A stretch of DNA of 63,437 nt, counting the filler. It is 11 parts of 11 records of this genome, joined end to end, with 100 filler letters (N's around TTAATTAATTAA, not from the genome) between each part and the next. Parts side by side here need not be neighbours in the genome. Positions count along the whole stretch, not along the records: positions 14,000 to 40,316 come from SRR11831585_422; 10 more parts are not named here. One strand, written 5' to 3'. This document shows positions 14,000 to 26,654 of this stretch, one piece after another. The notes under the pieces are model-generated. The model saw only the letters and a list, made by a program, of their open reading frames with translations. It ran no database searches and had not been told where the DNA came from. The position numbers and the translations under genes are program-made. Every line of letters begins with the position of its first letter. Within the stretch, counting starts at the first letter, position 1.

Positions 14000-14501
14000 A
14001 AAAGGCAGCTTCCTCAAATTCTGCCAACTGCTTGGCGGGCGTTCGGTCACCGAGTTCAACTACCGTTTTGCCGATGCCAAAAACGCCTGCATCTTTGTCG
14101 GTGTGCGCCTGAGCCGCGGCCTCGAAGAGCGCAAAGAAATTTTGCAGATGCTCAACGACGGCGGCTACAGCGTGGTTGATCTCTCCGACGACGAAATGGC
14201 GAAGCTACACGTGCGCTATATGGTCGGCGGACGTCCATCGCATCCGTTGCAGGAACGCCTCTACAGCTTCGAATTCCCGGAATCACCGGGCGCGCTGCTG
14301 CGCTTCCTCAACACGCTGGGTACGTACTGGAACATTTCTTTGTTCCACTATCGCAGCCATGGCACCGACTACGGGCGCGTACTGGCGGCGTTCGAACTTG
14401 GCGACCATGAACCGGATTTCGAAACCCGGCTGAATGAGCTGGGCTACGATTGCCACGACGAAACCAATAACCCGGCGTTCAGGTTCTTTTTGGCGGGTTA
14501 G
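14000..14501 (+). CDS. ilvA: Threonine deaminase, 3' part
   Basis: Regulatory domain FEFPESPGALLRFL; precedes ilvY. Confidence 0.96.
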
Positions 14502-14508
14502 GGAAAAA

Positions 14509-14539
14509 TGCCTGATAGCGCTTCGCTTATCAGGCCTAC
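14509..14539. repeat. REP element
   Basis: TGCCTGATAGCGCTTCGCTTATCAGGCCTAC. Confidence 0.8.
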
Positions 14540-14552
14540 CCGCGCGACAACG

Positions 14553-15446
14553 TCATTTGTGGTTCGGCAAAATCTTCCAGAATGCCTCAATTAGCGGCTC
14601 ATGTAGCCGCTTTTTCTGCGCACACACGCCCAGCTCAAACGGCGTTTTCTCATCGCTGCGCTCTAAAATCATCACGCGGTTACGCACCGGTTCGGGGCTG
14701 TTTTCCAGCACCACTTCCGGCAACAATGCCACGCCACAGCCGAGTGCCACCATCGATACCATCGCTTCATGCCCGCCAACCGTGGCGTAAATCATCGGGT
14801 TACTGATTTTATTGCGTCGAAACCACAGTTCAATGCGGCGGCGTACCGGCCCCTGATCGGCCATAATAAACGGCACCGTTGACCAGTCCGGCTTCTCTAC
14901 CGACACCTGATTACGCACCGGGCAGGGCAGCGCGGGGGCAATCAGCACTACTGCCAGATTCTCCAGCATCGAAAACGCCACTGCGCCGGGCAAGGTTTCC
15001 GGTTTACCCGCAATCGCCAGATCCGCTTCACCAGTGACCACCTTTTCCATCGCATCTGCCGCATCACCAGTAGTAAGTTTAATCTCCACCGACGGGTGTT
15101 CCGCGCGGAAGCGATCCAGAATCGGCGGCAGATGGCTGTAGGCAGCGGTCACCGAGCAGAAGATATGTAATTCGCCAGAGAGCGACGGCCCTTGCTGATC
15201 GATGGTGTGGCGCAACTGCTGATACTGCAACAGCGTTTGCTGGGCGAAAACGCGCAGCTCTTCGCCCGCTTCAGTCAGCGTCACCGTGCGGTTATCGCGC
15301 ACAAACAGCGGCTGACCGAGATCTTCTTCCAGGCGCTGAATCTGCCGTGAGAGCGTGGATGGGCTAACGTGCATCGCCCGCGCGCTGCGGCCAAAATGGC
15401 GGCTTTCCGCCAGATGCAGGAAGGTTTTCAGATCGCGTAAATCCAC
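14553..15446 (-). CDS. ilvY: LysR-type regulator IlvY (GTG start)
   Basis: 297 aa, LysR HTH, divergent from ilvC. Confidence 0.97.
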
Positions 15447-15465
15447 AGGGACAGCCCTCGATGTT

Positions 15466-15520
15466 GACGTTGCAAAAATTGCAATGTGACGTTGTGAATA
15501 TATCAATTTCCGCAATAAAT
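15466..15520. promoter_or_regulatory. IlvY operators in the ilvY-ilvC divergent promoter
   Basis: Palindrome TTGCAAAAATTGCAA plus a degenerate second site. Confidence 0.75.
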
Positions 15521-15595
15521 TTCCTGTCATATAGTGAATTCAATCTCGCAAACGCGAACCGAACAATAAGAAGCACAACATCACGAGGAATCACC

Positions 15596-17071
15596 ATGGC
15601 TAACTACTTCAATACACTGAATCTGCGCCAGCAGCTGGCACAGCTGGGCAAATGTCGCTTTATGGGCCGCGATGAATTCGCCGATGGCGCGAGCTACCTT
15701 CAGGGTAAAAAAGTAGTCATCGTCGGCTGTGGCGCACAGGGTCTGAACCAGGGCCTGAACATGCGTGATTCTGGTCTCGATATCTCCTACGCTCTGCGTA
15801 AAGAAGCGATTGCCGAGAAGCGCGCGTCCTGGCGTAAAGCGACCGAAAATGGTTTTAAAGTGGGTACTTACGAAGAACTGATCCCACAGGCGGATCTGGT
15901 GATTAACCTGACGCCGGACAAGCAGCACTCTGATGTAGTGCGCACCGTACAGCCACTGATGAAAGACGGCGCGGCGCTGGGCTACTCGCACGGTTTCAAC
16001 ATCGTCGAAGTGGGCGAGCAGATCCGTAAAGATATCACCGTAGTGATGGTTGCGCCGAAATGCCCAGGCACCGAAGTGCGTGAAGAGTACAAACGTGGGT
16101 TCGGCGTACCGACGCTGATTGCCGTTCACCCGGAAAACGATCCGAAAGGCGAAGGCATGGCGATTGCCAAAGCCTGGGCGGCTGCAACCGGTGGTCACCG
16201 TGCGGGTGTGCTGGAATCGTCCTTCGTTGCGGAAGTGAAATCTGACCTGATGGGCGAGCAAACCATCCTGTGCGGTATGTTGCAGGCTGGCTCTCTGCTG
16301 TGCTTCGACAAGCTGGTGGAAGAAGGTACCGATCCAGCATACGCAGAAAAACTGATTCAGTTCGGTTGGGAAACCATCACCGAAGCACTGAAACAGGGCG
16401 GCATCACCCTGATGATGGACCGTCTCTCTAACCCGGCGAAACTGCGTGCTTATGCGCTTTCTGAACAGCTGAAAGAGATCATGGCACCCCTGTTCCAGAA
16501 ACATATGGACGACATCATCTCCGGCGAATTCTCTTCCGGTATGATGGCGGACTGGGCCAACGATGATAAGAAACTGCTGACCTGGCGTGAAGAGACCGGC
16601 AAAACCGCGTTTGAAACCGCGCCGCAGTATGAAGGCAAAATCGGCGAGCAGGAGTACTTCGATAAAGGCGTACTGATGATTGCGATGGTGAAAGCGGGCG
16701 TTGAACTGGCGTTCGAAACCATGGTCGATTCCGGCATCATTGAAGAGTCTGCATATTATGAATCACTGCACGAGCTGCCGCTGATTGCCAACACCATCGC
16801 CCGTAAGCGTCTGTACGAAATGAACGTGGTTATCTCTGATACCGCTGAGTACGGTAACTATCTGTTCTCTTACGCTTGTGTGCCGTTGCTGAAACCGTTT
16901 ATGGCAGAGCTGCAACCGGGCGACCTGGGTAAAGCTATTCCGGAAGGCGCGGTAGATAACGGGCAACTGCGTGATGTGAACGAAGCGATTCGCAGCCATG
17001 CGATTGAGCAGGTAGGTAAGAAACTGCGCGGCTATATGACAGATATGAAACGTATTGCTGTTGCGGGTTAA
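15596..17071 (+). CDS. ilvC: Ketol-acid reductoisomerase
   Basis: 491 aa from [15 protein letters not shown] motif. Confidence 0.98.
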
Positions 17072-17084
17072 GTGCGCGCTGATG

Positions 17085-17120
17085 CCCTCACCCCGACCCT
17101 CTCCCACAGGGAGAGGGAGA
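17085..17120. repeat. BoxC-type repeat
   Basis: CCCTCACCCCGACCCTCTCCCACAGGGAGAGGG pyrimidine tail plus hairpin. Confidence 0.7.
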
Positions 17121-17157
17121 AAACACTCAAGGCCTTCTCCTGGAGAAGGCCTTGCTA

Positions 17158-17463
<306 letters not shown>

Positions 17464-17637
17464 TCAGGCGGCGATTTTAGCATGATCCGCAGATGCTAAC
17501 GTAATTGTCAGTCAGGGAGTGGCTGGTACATATATGGCAAAAGCCCGGAAAATCCGGGCTTCGCAGGTCCCTCAAGGGGAGAAAACTTAGGGCCTCTATG
17601 GGCTACAAAGTCATTATCGGGGATGGTTATTTTATTG

Positions 17638-18086
17638 TCAATTTATGAGCGATATGGCATTGATTGACTTGATGACCGCCCTCTGTATGTCTGCAACCAA
17701 CTCATGTGGCAAACATTGATTAAGATACCCTCTGTAAGTCCTTGCTCTGTTTAATCTGTTTCGACTGACTTGTTGTACCAGGTCGGCTTTGGCCCAACGA
17801 ATCTGCTGATCAAAGAATTGCAGGTCATTGATAACATTACTGGCTATTTCAACATGCATTCCACGTTTTAACTTGTCTGGTCGCGAGTGGTTGATAATGG
17901 AACGACGATGCATGCGTTGCCATTAATTTTTCCGTTGAGCACGACAACTAACCTGTTTTTTATCATTTCAGGAGGAATGCGGCCATCGTAATACGTCGTG
18001 CTGAACGGTCCATTTTGGCTAACAGGATAGTTACCAAAGTTGCATTCCAGTATTTCACCAACCTTAGGGCTGAAATTAATCGCCAC
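17638..18086 (-). pseudogene. yifN: Frameshifted PemK/MazF-like gene
   Basis: Two overlapping ORFs in different frames; PPEMIKNRLVVVL...VVPLSTT motif. Confidence 0.8.
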
Positions 18087-18302
18087 GAGTAAACCTCTCC
18101 TTAGTAAACTCTGAAAAAGTAATAACACAACGTTACGACCCGATATTTTCTAAGTCTAATGGATTCACGATGAACTCCGATTTCGGTCTTCTCTCTCTGA
18201 TTTAAACATCCGCAGCCAACCGGTTAGCGGCTTACACGCGGTCACATTCAAATGCGATTCTGCTACAATCCTCCCCCCGTTCGAAGATTGAGCAATACAC
18301 CT

Positions 18303-20324
18303 ATGCGTCTAAACCCCGGCCAACAACAAGCTGTCGAATTCGTTACCGGCCCCTGCCTGGTGCTGGCGGGCGCGGGTTCCGGTAAAACTCGTGTTATCAC
18401 CAATAAAATCGCCCATCTGATCCGCGGTTGCGGTTATCAGGCGCGGCACATTGCGGCGGTGACCTTTACTAATAAAGCAGCGCGCGAGATGAAAGAGCGT
18501 GTAGGGCAGACGCTGGGGCGCAAAGAGGCGCGTGGGCTGATGATCTCCACTTTCCATACGTTGGGGCTGGATATCATCAAACGCGAGTATGCGGCGCTTG
18601 GGATGAAAGCGAACTTCTCGTTGTTTGACGATACCGATCAGCTTGCTTTGCTTAAAGAGTTGACCGAGGGGCTGATTGAAGATGACAAAGTTCTCCTGCA
18701 ACAACTGATTTCGACCATCTCTAACTGGAAGAATGATCTCAAAACACCGTCCCAGGCGGCAGCAAGTGCGATTGGCGAGCGGGACCGTATTTTTGCCCAT
18801 TGTTATGGGCTGTATGATGCACACCTGAAAGCCTGTAACGTTCTCGACTTCGATGATCTGATTTTATTGCCGACGTTGCTGCTGCAACGCAATGAAGAAG
18901 TCCGCAAGCGCTGGCAGAACAAAATTCGCTATCTGCTGGTGGATGAGTATCAGGACACCAACACCAGCCAGTATGAGCTGGTGAAACTGCTGGTGGGCAG
19001 CCGCGCGCGCTTTACCGTGGTGGGTGACGATGACCAGTCGATCTACTCCTGGCGCGGTGCACGTCCGCAAAACCTGGTGCTGCTGAGTCAGGATTTTCCG
19101 GCGCTGAAGGTGATTAAGCTTGAGCAGAACTATCGCTCTTCCGGGCGTATTCTGAAAGCGGCGAACATCCTGATCGCCAATAACCCGCACGTCTTTGAAA
19201 AGCGTCTGTTCTCCGAACTGGGTTATGGCGCGGAGCTAAAAGTATTAAGCGCGAATAACGAAGAACATGAGGCTGAGCGCGTTACTGGCGAGCTGATCGC
19301 CCATCACTTCGTCAATAAAACGCAGTACAAAGATTACGCCATTCTTTATCGCGGTAACCATCAGTCGCGGGTGTTTGAAAAATTCCTGATGCAAAACCGC
19401 ATCCCGTACAAAATATCTGGTGGTACGTCGTTTTTCTCTCGTCCTGAAATCAAGGACTTGCTGGCTTATCTGCGCGTGCTGACTAACCCGGACGATGACA
19501 GCGCATTTCTGCGTATCGTTAACACGCCGAAGCGAGAGATTGGCCCGGCTACGCTGAAAAAGCTGGGTGAGTGGGCGATGACGCGCAATAAAAGCATGTT
19601 TACCGCCAGCTTTGATATGGGCCTGAGTCAGACGCTTAGCGGACGTGGTTATGAAGCATTGACCCGCTTCACTCACTGGTTGGCAGAAATCCAGCGTCTG
19701 GCGGAGCGGGAGCCGATTGCCGCGGTGCGTGATCTGATCCATGGCATGGATTATGAATCCTGGCTGTACGAAACATCGCCCAGCCCGAAAGCCGCCGAAA
19801 TGCGCATGAAGAACGTCAACCAACTGTTTAGCTGGATGACGGAGATGCTGGAAGGCAGTGAACTGGATGAGCCGATGACGCTCACCCAGGTGGTGACGCG
19901 CTTTACTTTGCGCGACATGATGGAGCGTGGTGAGAGTGAAGAAGAGCTGGATCAGGTGCAACTGATGACTCTCCACGCGTCGAAAGGGCTGGAGTTTCCT
20001 TATGTCTACATGGTCGGTATGGAAGAAGGGTTTTTGCCGCACCAGAGCAGCATCGATGAAGATAATATCGATGAGGAGCGGCGGCTGGCCTATGTCGGCA
20101 TTACCCGCGCCCAGAAGGAATTGACCTTTACGCTGTGTAAAGAACGCCGTCAGTACGGCGAACTGGTGCGCCCGGAGCCGAGCCGCTTTTTGCTGGAGCT
20201 GCCGCAGGATGATCTGATTTGGGAACAGGAGCGCAAAGTGGTCAGCGCCGAAGAACGGATGCAGAAAGGGCAAAGCCATCTGGCGAATCTGAAAGCGATG
20301 ATGGCGGCAAAACGAGGGAAATAA
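18303..20324 (+). CDS. rep: ATP-dependent DNA helicase Rep
   Basis: 673 aa; [22 protein letters not shown]. Confidence 0.98.
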   Translation: MRLNPGQQQAVEFVTGPCLVLAGAGSGKTRVITNKIAHLIRGCGYQARHIAAVTFTNKAAREMKERVGQTLGRKEARGLMISTFHTLGLDIIKREYAALGMKANFSLFDDTDQLALLKELTEGLIEDDKVLLQQLISTISNWKNDLKTPSQAAASAIGERDRIFAHCYGLYDAHLKACNVLDFDDLILLPTLLLQRNEEVRKRWQNKIRYLLVDEYQDTNTSQYELVKLLVGSRARFTVVGDDDQSIYSWRGARPQNLVLLSQDFPALKVIKLEQNYRSSGRILKAANILIANNPHVFEKRLFSELGYGAELKVLSANNEEHEAERVTGELIAHHFVNKTQYKDYAILYRGNHQSRVFEKFLMQNRIPYKISGGTSFFSRPEIKDLLAYLRVLTNPDDDSAFLRIVNTPKREIGPATLKKLGEWAMTRNKSMFTASFDMGLSQTLSGRGYEALTRFTHWLAEIQRLAEREPIAAVRDLIHGMDYESWLYETSPSPKAAEMRMKNVNQLFSWMTEMLEGSELDEPMTLTQVVTRFTLRDMMERGESEEELDQVQLMTLHASKGLEFPYVYMVGMEEGFLPHQSSIDEDNIDEERRLAYVGITRAQKELTFTLCKERRQYGELVRPEPSRFLLELPQDDLIWEQERKVVSAEERMQKGQSHLANLKAMMAAKRGK

Positions 20325-20328
20325 TCAA

Positions 20329-20362
20329 GGCCGGAAAAGATGCGTCAGCATCGCATCCGGCA
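20329..20362. repeat. REP element
   Basis: GGCCGGAAAAGATGCGTCAGCATCGCATCCGGCA. Confidence 0.75.
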
Positions 20363-20370
20363 CTTACTCA

Positions 20371-21853
20371 TTAATGCACTTCCAGCGGCCAGTGGACATA
20401 GCTCTGCCACTGGCTTTCCTGAGCAATAATCTCTTTACCCAGCGGATGTTGGGTTAGCCAACCTTGCGGAAGCGTCAAGGTCAACAGTTCATGGTTAGCC
20501 TGTAATGTCATCTCTGGCACGAGATCGTCACGGCGACGGCTGGCAAAAATGATGGCCAGGCGTAGTAAACGGCAGAGTTGTTCTGCGACGCGCGGCGGTA
20601 CGGCATTTTGCTGATGCAGCGATGAGAGATCGACCGGATTAGTCTGGTTGAGCAGTAGCGTCGCCAGCAATTTTTCTGTGCGGGGTAAAACCGGGAAGAT
20701 CCAGATTACGCACCAGATAAGCAGCGTGTTGCGGCGCTTGTTTGAAGTCAACGCTCAGGCCGATTTCATGAAGCTGACAGGCGCTGATGAGCAAATCGCG
20801 GCTTATTGCTTCAAGATGCCATTCGTTTTCCACCTGATCGAAGAAGTTAGCCGCAACTTTGGCTACGCGCTGTGCCTGATCAATATCGATCATAAAGCGG
20901 CGTTGAATATTACGCAGCGTACGGCTGCGAATATCCTGCTCGACGGCCAGATGCAACATGCCGTAGACCAGGCCTTCACGCAGCGCACCGCCCGCCAGGG
21001 TCATACACTGAATATTCAGTTCGGTAAAAATGGCGATCAGGATCGCCAGACCACTCGGGAACACTAACGCACGTTCCAGCGTCAGCCCGTCAATCTCCAG
21101 TTCCTCCAGCCGACCGCAATGAATGGCTCGCTGTTTCAATTGCTGCAACTTTTCCAGGGTAATGCGTTCATCCATCCCCTGTGCCATCATGATTTCCTGT
21201 AACGCCTGCACGGTGCCGGAAGCACCAACGCACACTTTCCAGCCGTGATACCGTAATTCATCGGCAACCGGACGTAACACTTCGCGTGCCGCTTTTTCTG
21301 CAGCATCAAAATTTTCCTGCCCCAGATTACGATCGGCAAAATAGCGTTCCAGCCAGGTGACGCAGCCCATCGACAGGCTGAACAACGAGGTGGTTTGTGC
21401 ACCCGTGCCGGTTACCAGTTCAGTACTGGCTCCGCCTATATCCACCACCAGGCGCTGATCGGCACCACCAGTGGTGTGAGCAACGCCCTGATAAATCAGA
21501 CGTGCTTCCTCTTCACCGCTGATCACCTGTACCGGACAACCGAGAATTTCCTGCGCTTTGGCAATAAAATCACCCGCATTGACGGCAAGGCGTAACGTCG
21601 CCGTAGCGACAACGCGAATTTGCGAGGGAGGAATATCTTGCAGACGTTCAGCAAACAGGCGCAAACATTGCCAACCGCGCTCCATTGCTTCATTGGAGAG
21701 GGCATTTTCGCTATTCAGGCCAGCAGCCAGACGCACTTTGCGTTTTATTCGCGTCAGCGTCTGGATGCTTCCAGCCACCTCGCGCACAACCAGCATATGA
21801 AAACTATTCGAACCGAGATCAATGGCTGCATACAGCGACGAGGTGGAACCCAT
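20371..21853 (-). pseudogene. gpp: pppGpp pyrophosphatase GppA, frameshifted near 20671-20685 (possibly a sequencing error)
   Basis: IDLGSNS Ppx/GppA motif; C-terminus in another frame; span 1483 nt is not a multiple of 3. Confidence 0.85.
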
Positions 21854-21977
21854 ACTCTTCATCCTTCAATCTGTCTCTGTGTTGGCTGCATTCTTTCACC
21901 TGAATCACTTACTACAGTAAGCTCATCGGGATTCATTCTCTTGCCATCTTGATACAGTTTGAATGATTTTGAGTATG
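21851..21977. repeat. ERIC/IRU element
   Basis: About 127-bp imperfect palindrome with ATAC...GTAT ends and core GAGCTTAC...GTAAGTGA. Confidence 0.8.
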
Positions 21978-21988
21978 ACATTTTTTAT

Positions 21989-23254
21989 TTAACCTGAACG
22001 ACGACGATTACGCGGAGCGCCAGTACGACGCGGACCATTGCCTGTGCGCGGGCGCGTGAGGCGCAGCGGTTTTGGCAGATCGGTCATCAATGCGTCCGGA
22101 TTGTATTTGCTTACCGGAATTGAGTGACCAATATAGGTCTCAATAGCAGGCAAATTCAATGCATACTCTTCACACGCCAGGCTGATAGAGTGACCGCTTG
22201 CGCCTGCGCGACCTGTACGACCAATACGGTGAACGTAATCTTCACAGTCATCGGGTAAATCGTAGTTAAAGACGTGCGTCACTGCCGGAATATGCAAACC
22301 ACGCGCGGCAACGTCGGTGGCAACCAGAATATCCAGATCGCCACGGGTAAATTCATCAAGAATACGCAGACGTTTTTTCTGCGCGACATCGCCTGTCAAT
22401 AAACCGACACGATGACCATCTGCTGCCAGGTGGCCCCAGATCTCTTCACAACGGTGTTTGGTGTTGGCGAAAATAATCGCTCTGTCTGGCCACTCTTCTT
22501 CGATCAGCGTTTGCAGCAAACGCATTTTTTCTTCGTTAGAAGGGTAGAAAAGCTCTTCTTTAATACGGTGGCCCGTTTTCTGTTCCGGTTCCACTTCAAT
22601 ATATTCGGCATTGTTCATCTGCTCGAACGCCAGTTCACGTACCCGGTACGAAAGCGTGGCGGAGAACAGCATGTTGAGGCGCTGGTTTGCAGGCGGCATA
22701 CGGCGGAACAGCCAGCGGATATCTTTAATAAAGCCCAGATCGTACATGCGATCGGCTTCGTCCAGTACCACCACCTGAATGGCACCGAGGTTAATGTGGT
22801 TCTGCTTGGCGTAGTCAATTAAACGCCCCGTGGTGCCAATCAGAATGTCAACGCCGCTTTCCAGCACTTTCAGCTGTTTGTCGTAGCCATCACCACCGTA
22901 AGCCAGACCCAGCTTCAGGCCAGTAGCTTCCGCCAGCGGTTCTGCGTCGGCATGGATCTGCACGGCAAGTTCACGCGTCGGTGCCATAATTAAGGCACGC
23001 GGCTGATTCACCTTGCGATCGGCAATCGCAGGATGAGAGAGAAGATAATGAAACGTTGACGTAAGAAACGCCATCGTTTTCCCGGTACCGGTTTGCGCCT
23101 GCCCGGCTACGTCACGACCCGCCAGCGTCAGCGGAAGGGCCAGTGCCTGAATGGGCGTACAGTTATGAAACCCTTTTTTTTCAAGGGCTTCTACAACCTT
23201 CGGATGCAGGGCGAAGTCGGAAAACTTCTGTTCTGTTAAATGTGTTTTGCTCAT
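21989..23254 (-). CDS. rhlB: DEAD-box RNA helicase RhlB
   Basis: 421 aa; [20 protein letters not shown]. Confidence 0.98.
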
Positions 23255-23384
23255 AGTGTGGTAGAATATCAGCTTACTATTGCTTTACGAAAGCGTATCC
23301 GGTGAAATAAAGTCAACCTTTAGTTGGTTAATGTTACACCAACAACGAAACCAACACGCCAGGCTTATTCCTGTGGAGTTATAT

Positions 23385-23714
23385 ATGAGCGATAAAATTA
23401 TTCACCTGACTGACGACAGTTTTGACACGGATGTACTCAAAGCGGACGGGGCGATCCTCGTCGATTTCTGGGCAGAGTGGTGCGGTCCGTGCAAAATGAT
23501 CGCCCCGATTCTGGATGAAATCGCTGACGAATATCAGGGCAAACTGACCGTTGCAAAACTGAACATCGATCAAAACCCTGGCACTGCGCCGAAATATGGC
23601 ATCCGTGGTATCCCGACTCTGCTGCTGTTCAAAAACGGTGAAGTGGCGGCAACCAAAGTGGGTGCACTGTCTAAAGGTCAGTTGAAAGAGTTCCTCGACG
23701 CTAACCTGGCGTAA
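23385..23714 (+). CDS. trxA: Thioredoxin 1
   Basis: MSDKIIHL..., WCGPC. Confidence 0.99.
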
Positions 23715-23854
23715 GGGAATTTCATGTTCGGGTGCCCCGTCGCTAAAAACTGGACGCCCGGCGTGAGTCATGCTAACTTAGTGTTGACTTCGTATTAAAC
23801 ATACCTTATTAAGTTTGAATCTTGTAATTTCCAACGCTTCCCGTTTTATCTTAA

Positions 23855-23956
23855 ATGCGAAGTGAACAGATTTCTGGCTCGTCACTCAATCCGTCTTGTC
23901 GTTTCAGTTCTGCGTACTCTCCTGTGACCAGGCAGCGAAAAGACATGAGTCGATGA
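23855..23956 (+). CDS. rhoL: rho operon leader peptide
   Basis: 33-codon ORF MRSEQISGSSLNPSCRF... in the rho leader. Confidence 0.7.
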   Translation: MRSEQISGSSLNPSCRFSSAYSPVTRQRKDMSR

Positions 23957-24040
23957 CCGTAAACAGGCATGGATGATCCTGCCATACCATTCACAACATT
24001 AAGTTCGAGATTTACCCCAAGTTTAAGAACTCACACCACT

Positions 24041-25300
24041 ATGAATCTTACCGAATTAAAGAATACGCCGGTTTCTGAGCTGATCACTCTCGGCGAAAAT
24101 ATGGGGCTGGAAAACCTGGCTCGTATGCGTAAGCAGGACATTATTTTTGCCATCCTGAAGCAGCACGCAAAGAGTGGCGAAGATATCTTTGGTGATGGCG
24201 TACTGGAGATATTGCAGGATGGATTTGGTTTCCTCCGTTCCGCAGACAGCTCCTACCTCGCCGGTCCTGATGACATCTACGTTTCCCCTAGCCAAATCCG
24301 CCGTTTCAACCTCCGCACTGGTGATACCATCTCTGGTAAGATTCGCCCGCCGAAAGAAGGTGAACGCTATTTTGCGCTGCTGAAAGTTAACGAAGTTAAC
24401 TTCGACAAACCTGAAAACGCCCGCAACAAAATCCTCTTTGAGAACTTAACCCCGCTGCACGCAAACTCTCGTCTGCGTATGGAACGTGGTAACGGTTCTA
24501 CTGAAGATTTAACTGCTCGCGTACTGGATCTGGCATCACCTATCGGTCGTGGTCAGCGTGGTCTGATTGTGGCACCGCCGAAAGCCGGTAAAACCATGCT
24601 GCTGCAGAACATTGCTCAGAGCATTGCTTACAACCACCCGGATTGTGTGCTGATGGTTCTGCTGATCGACGAACGTCCGGAAGAAGTAACCGAGATGCAG
24701 CGTCTGGTAAAAGGTGAAGTTGTTGCTTCTACCTTTGACGAACCCGCATCTCGCCACGTTCAGGTTGCGGAAATGGTGATCGAGAAGGCCAAACGCCTGG
24801 TTGAGCACAAGAAAGACGTTATCATTCTGCTCGACTCCATCACTCGTCTGGCGCGCGCTTACAACACCGTTGTTCCGGCGTCAGGTAAAGTGTTGACCGG
24901 TGGTGTGGATGCCAACGCCCTGCATCGTCCGAAACGCTTCTTTGGTGCGGCGCGTAACGTGGAAGAGGGCGGCAGCCTGACCATTATCGCGACGGCGCTT
25001 ATCGATACCGGTTCTAAAATGGACGAAGTTATCTACGAAGAGTTTAAAGGTACAGGCAACATGGAACTGCACCTCTCTCGTAAGATCGCTGAAAAACGCG
25101 TCTTCCCGGCTATCGACTACAACCGTTCTGGTACCCGTAAAGAAGAGCTGCTCACGACTCAGGAAGAACTGCAGAAAATGTGGATCCTGCGCAAAATCAT
25201 TCACCCGATGGGCGAAATCGATGCAATGGAATTCCTCATTAATAAACTGGCAATGACCAAGACCAATGACGATTTCTTCGAAATGATGAAACGCTCATAA
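24041..25300 (+). CDS. rho: Transcription termination factor Rho
   Basis: 419 aa; DGFGFLR, PKAGKT. Confidence 0.99.
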
Positions 25301-25313
25301 ATTTGTCTTATGC

Positions 25314-25350
25314 CAAAAACGCCACGTGTTTACGTGGCGTTTTGCTTTTA
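25314..25350 (+). terminator. Intrinsic terminator after rho
   Basis: CAAAAACGCCACG-TGTTTA-CGTGGCGTTTTG hairpin plus T tract. Confidence 0.75.
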
Positions 25351-25539
25351 TATCTGTAATCTTAATGCCGCGCTGGCGATGTTAGGAAAATTCCTGGAAT
25401 TTGCTGGCATGTTATGCAATTTGCATATCAAATGGTTAATTTTTGCACAGGACTGGTGGGTTTGGAACGGACTTTCCCTTCTGAATAAAGGTCTTCGTGG
25501 TTATACTTCTGCTAATAATTTTCTCTGAGAGCATGCATT

Positions 25540-26643
25540 GTGAATTTACTGACAGTGAGTACTGATCTCATCAGTATTTTTTTATTCACGACACTGTTTC
25601 TGTTTTTTGCCCGTAAGGTGGCAAAAAAAGTCGGTTTAGTGGATAAACCAAACTTCCGCAAACGTCACCAGGGATTGATACCTCTCGTTGGGGGGATTTC
25701 GGTTTACGCAGGGATTTGCTTCACGTTCGGAATTGTCGATTACTATATTCCGCATGCATCTCTCTATCTCGCTTGTGCCGGTGTGCTTGTTTTCATTGGC
25801 GCGCTGGATGACCGTTTTGATATCAGCGTAAAAATCCGTGCCACCATACAGGCCGCTGTTGGCATTGTTATGATGGTGTTCGGCAAGCTTTATCTCAGTA
25901 GCCTGGGTTATATCTTTGGCTCCTGGGAGATGGTGCTCGGACCGTTTGGTTACTTCCTGACGCTATTTGCCGTCTGGGCGGCCATTAATGCGTTCAACAT
26001 GGTTGATGGCATTGATGGCTTGCTGGGCGGGTTGTCCTGCGTCTCGTTTGCAGCAATCGGTATGATTTTGTGGTTCGACGGGCAAACCAGCCTCGCAATC
26101 TGGTGCTTTGCGATGATCGCCGCCATCCTGCCATACATCATGCTTAACCTTGGTATCCTGGGTCGCCGCTACAAAGTCTTTATGGGTGATGCGGGCAGTA
26201 CGCTGATTGGTTTTACCGTTATCTGGATCCTGCTCGAAACGACCCAGGGCAAAACCCATCCCATCAGCCCGGTTACCGCTTTGTGGATAATCGCCATTCC
26301 GCTAATGGATATGGTGGCGATTATGTACCGTCGCCTGCGTAAAGGCATGAGCCCATTCTCTCCTGACCGTCAGCATATTCACCATTTGATCATGCGTGCC
26401 GGGTTTACTTCCCGTCAGGCGTTTGTGCTGATTACCCTTGCCGCAGCACTGCTCGCTTCCATTGGCGTGCTGGCAGAATATTCTCATTTTGTCCCGGAGT
26501 GGGTCATGCTGGTGCTCTTTTTGCTAGCATTCTTCCTCTATGGATATTGCATTAAGCGTGCCTGGAAAGTTGCTCGCTTTATTAAGCGCGTAAAACGCAG
26601 ACTGCGTAGAAATCGTGGTGGCAGCCCCAATTTAACCAAATAA
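25540..26643 (+). CDS. wecA: UDP-GlcNAc:undecaprenyl-P GlcNAc-1-P transferase
   Basis: NMVDGIDG, FMGDAG, HIHH. Confidence 0.97.
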   Translation: MNLLTVSTDLISIFLFTTLFLFFARKVAKKVGLVDKPNFRKRHQGLIPLVGGISVYAGICFTFGIVDYYIPHASLYLACAGVLVFIGALDDRFDISVKIRATIQAAVGIVMMVFGKLYLSSLGYIFGSWEMVLGPFGYFLTLFAVWAAINAFNMVDGIDGLLGGLSCVSFAAIGMILWFDGQTSLAIWCFAMIAAILPYIMLNLGILGRRYKVFMGDAGSTLIGFTVIWILLETTQGKTHPISPVTALWIIAIPLMDMVAIMYRRLRKGMSPFSPDRQHIHHLIMRAGFTSRQAFVLITLAAALLASIGVLAEYSHFVPEWVMLVLFLLAFFLYGYCIKRAWKVARFIKRVKRRLRRNRGGSPNLTK

Positions 26644-26654
26644 ATGAGGATGTG

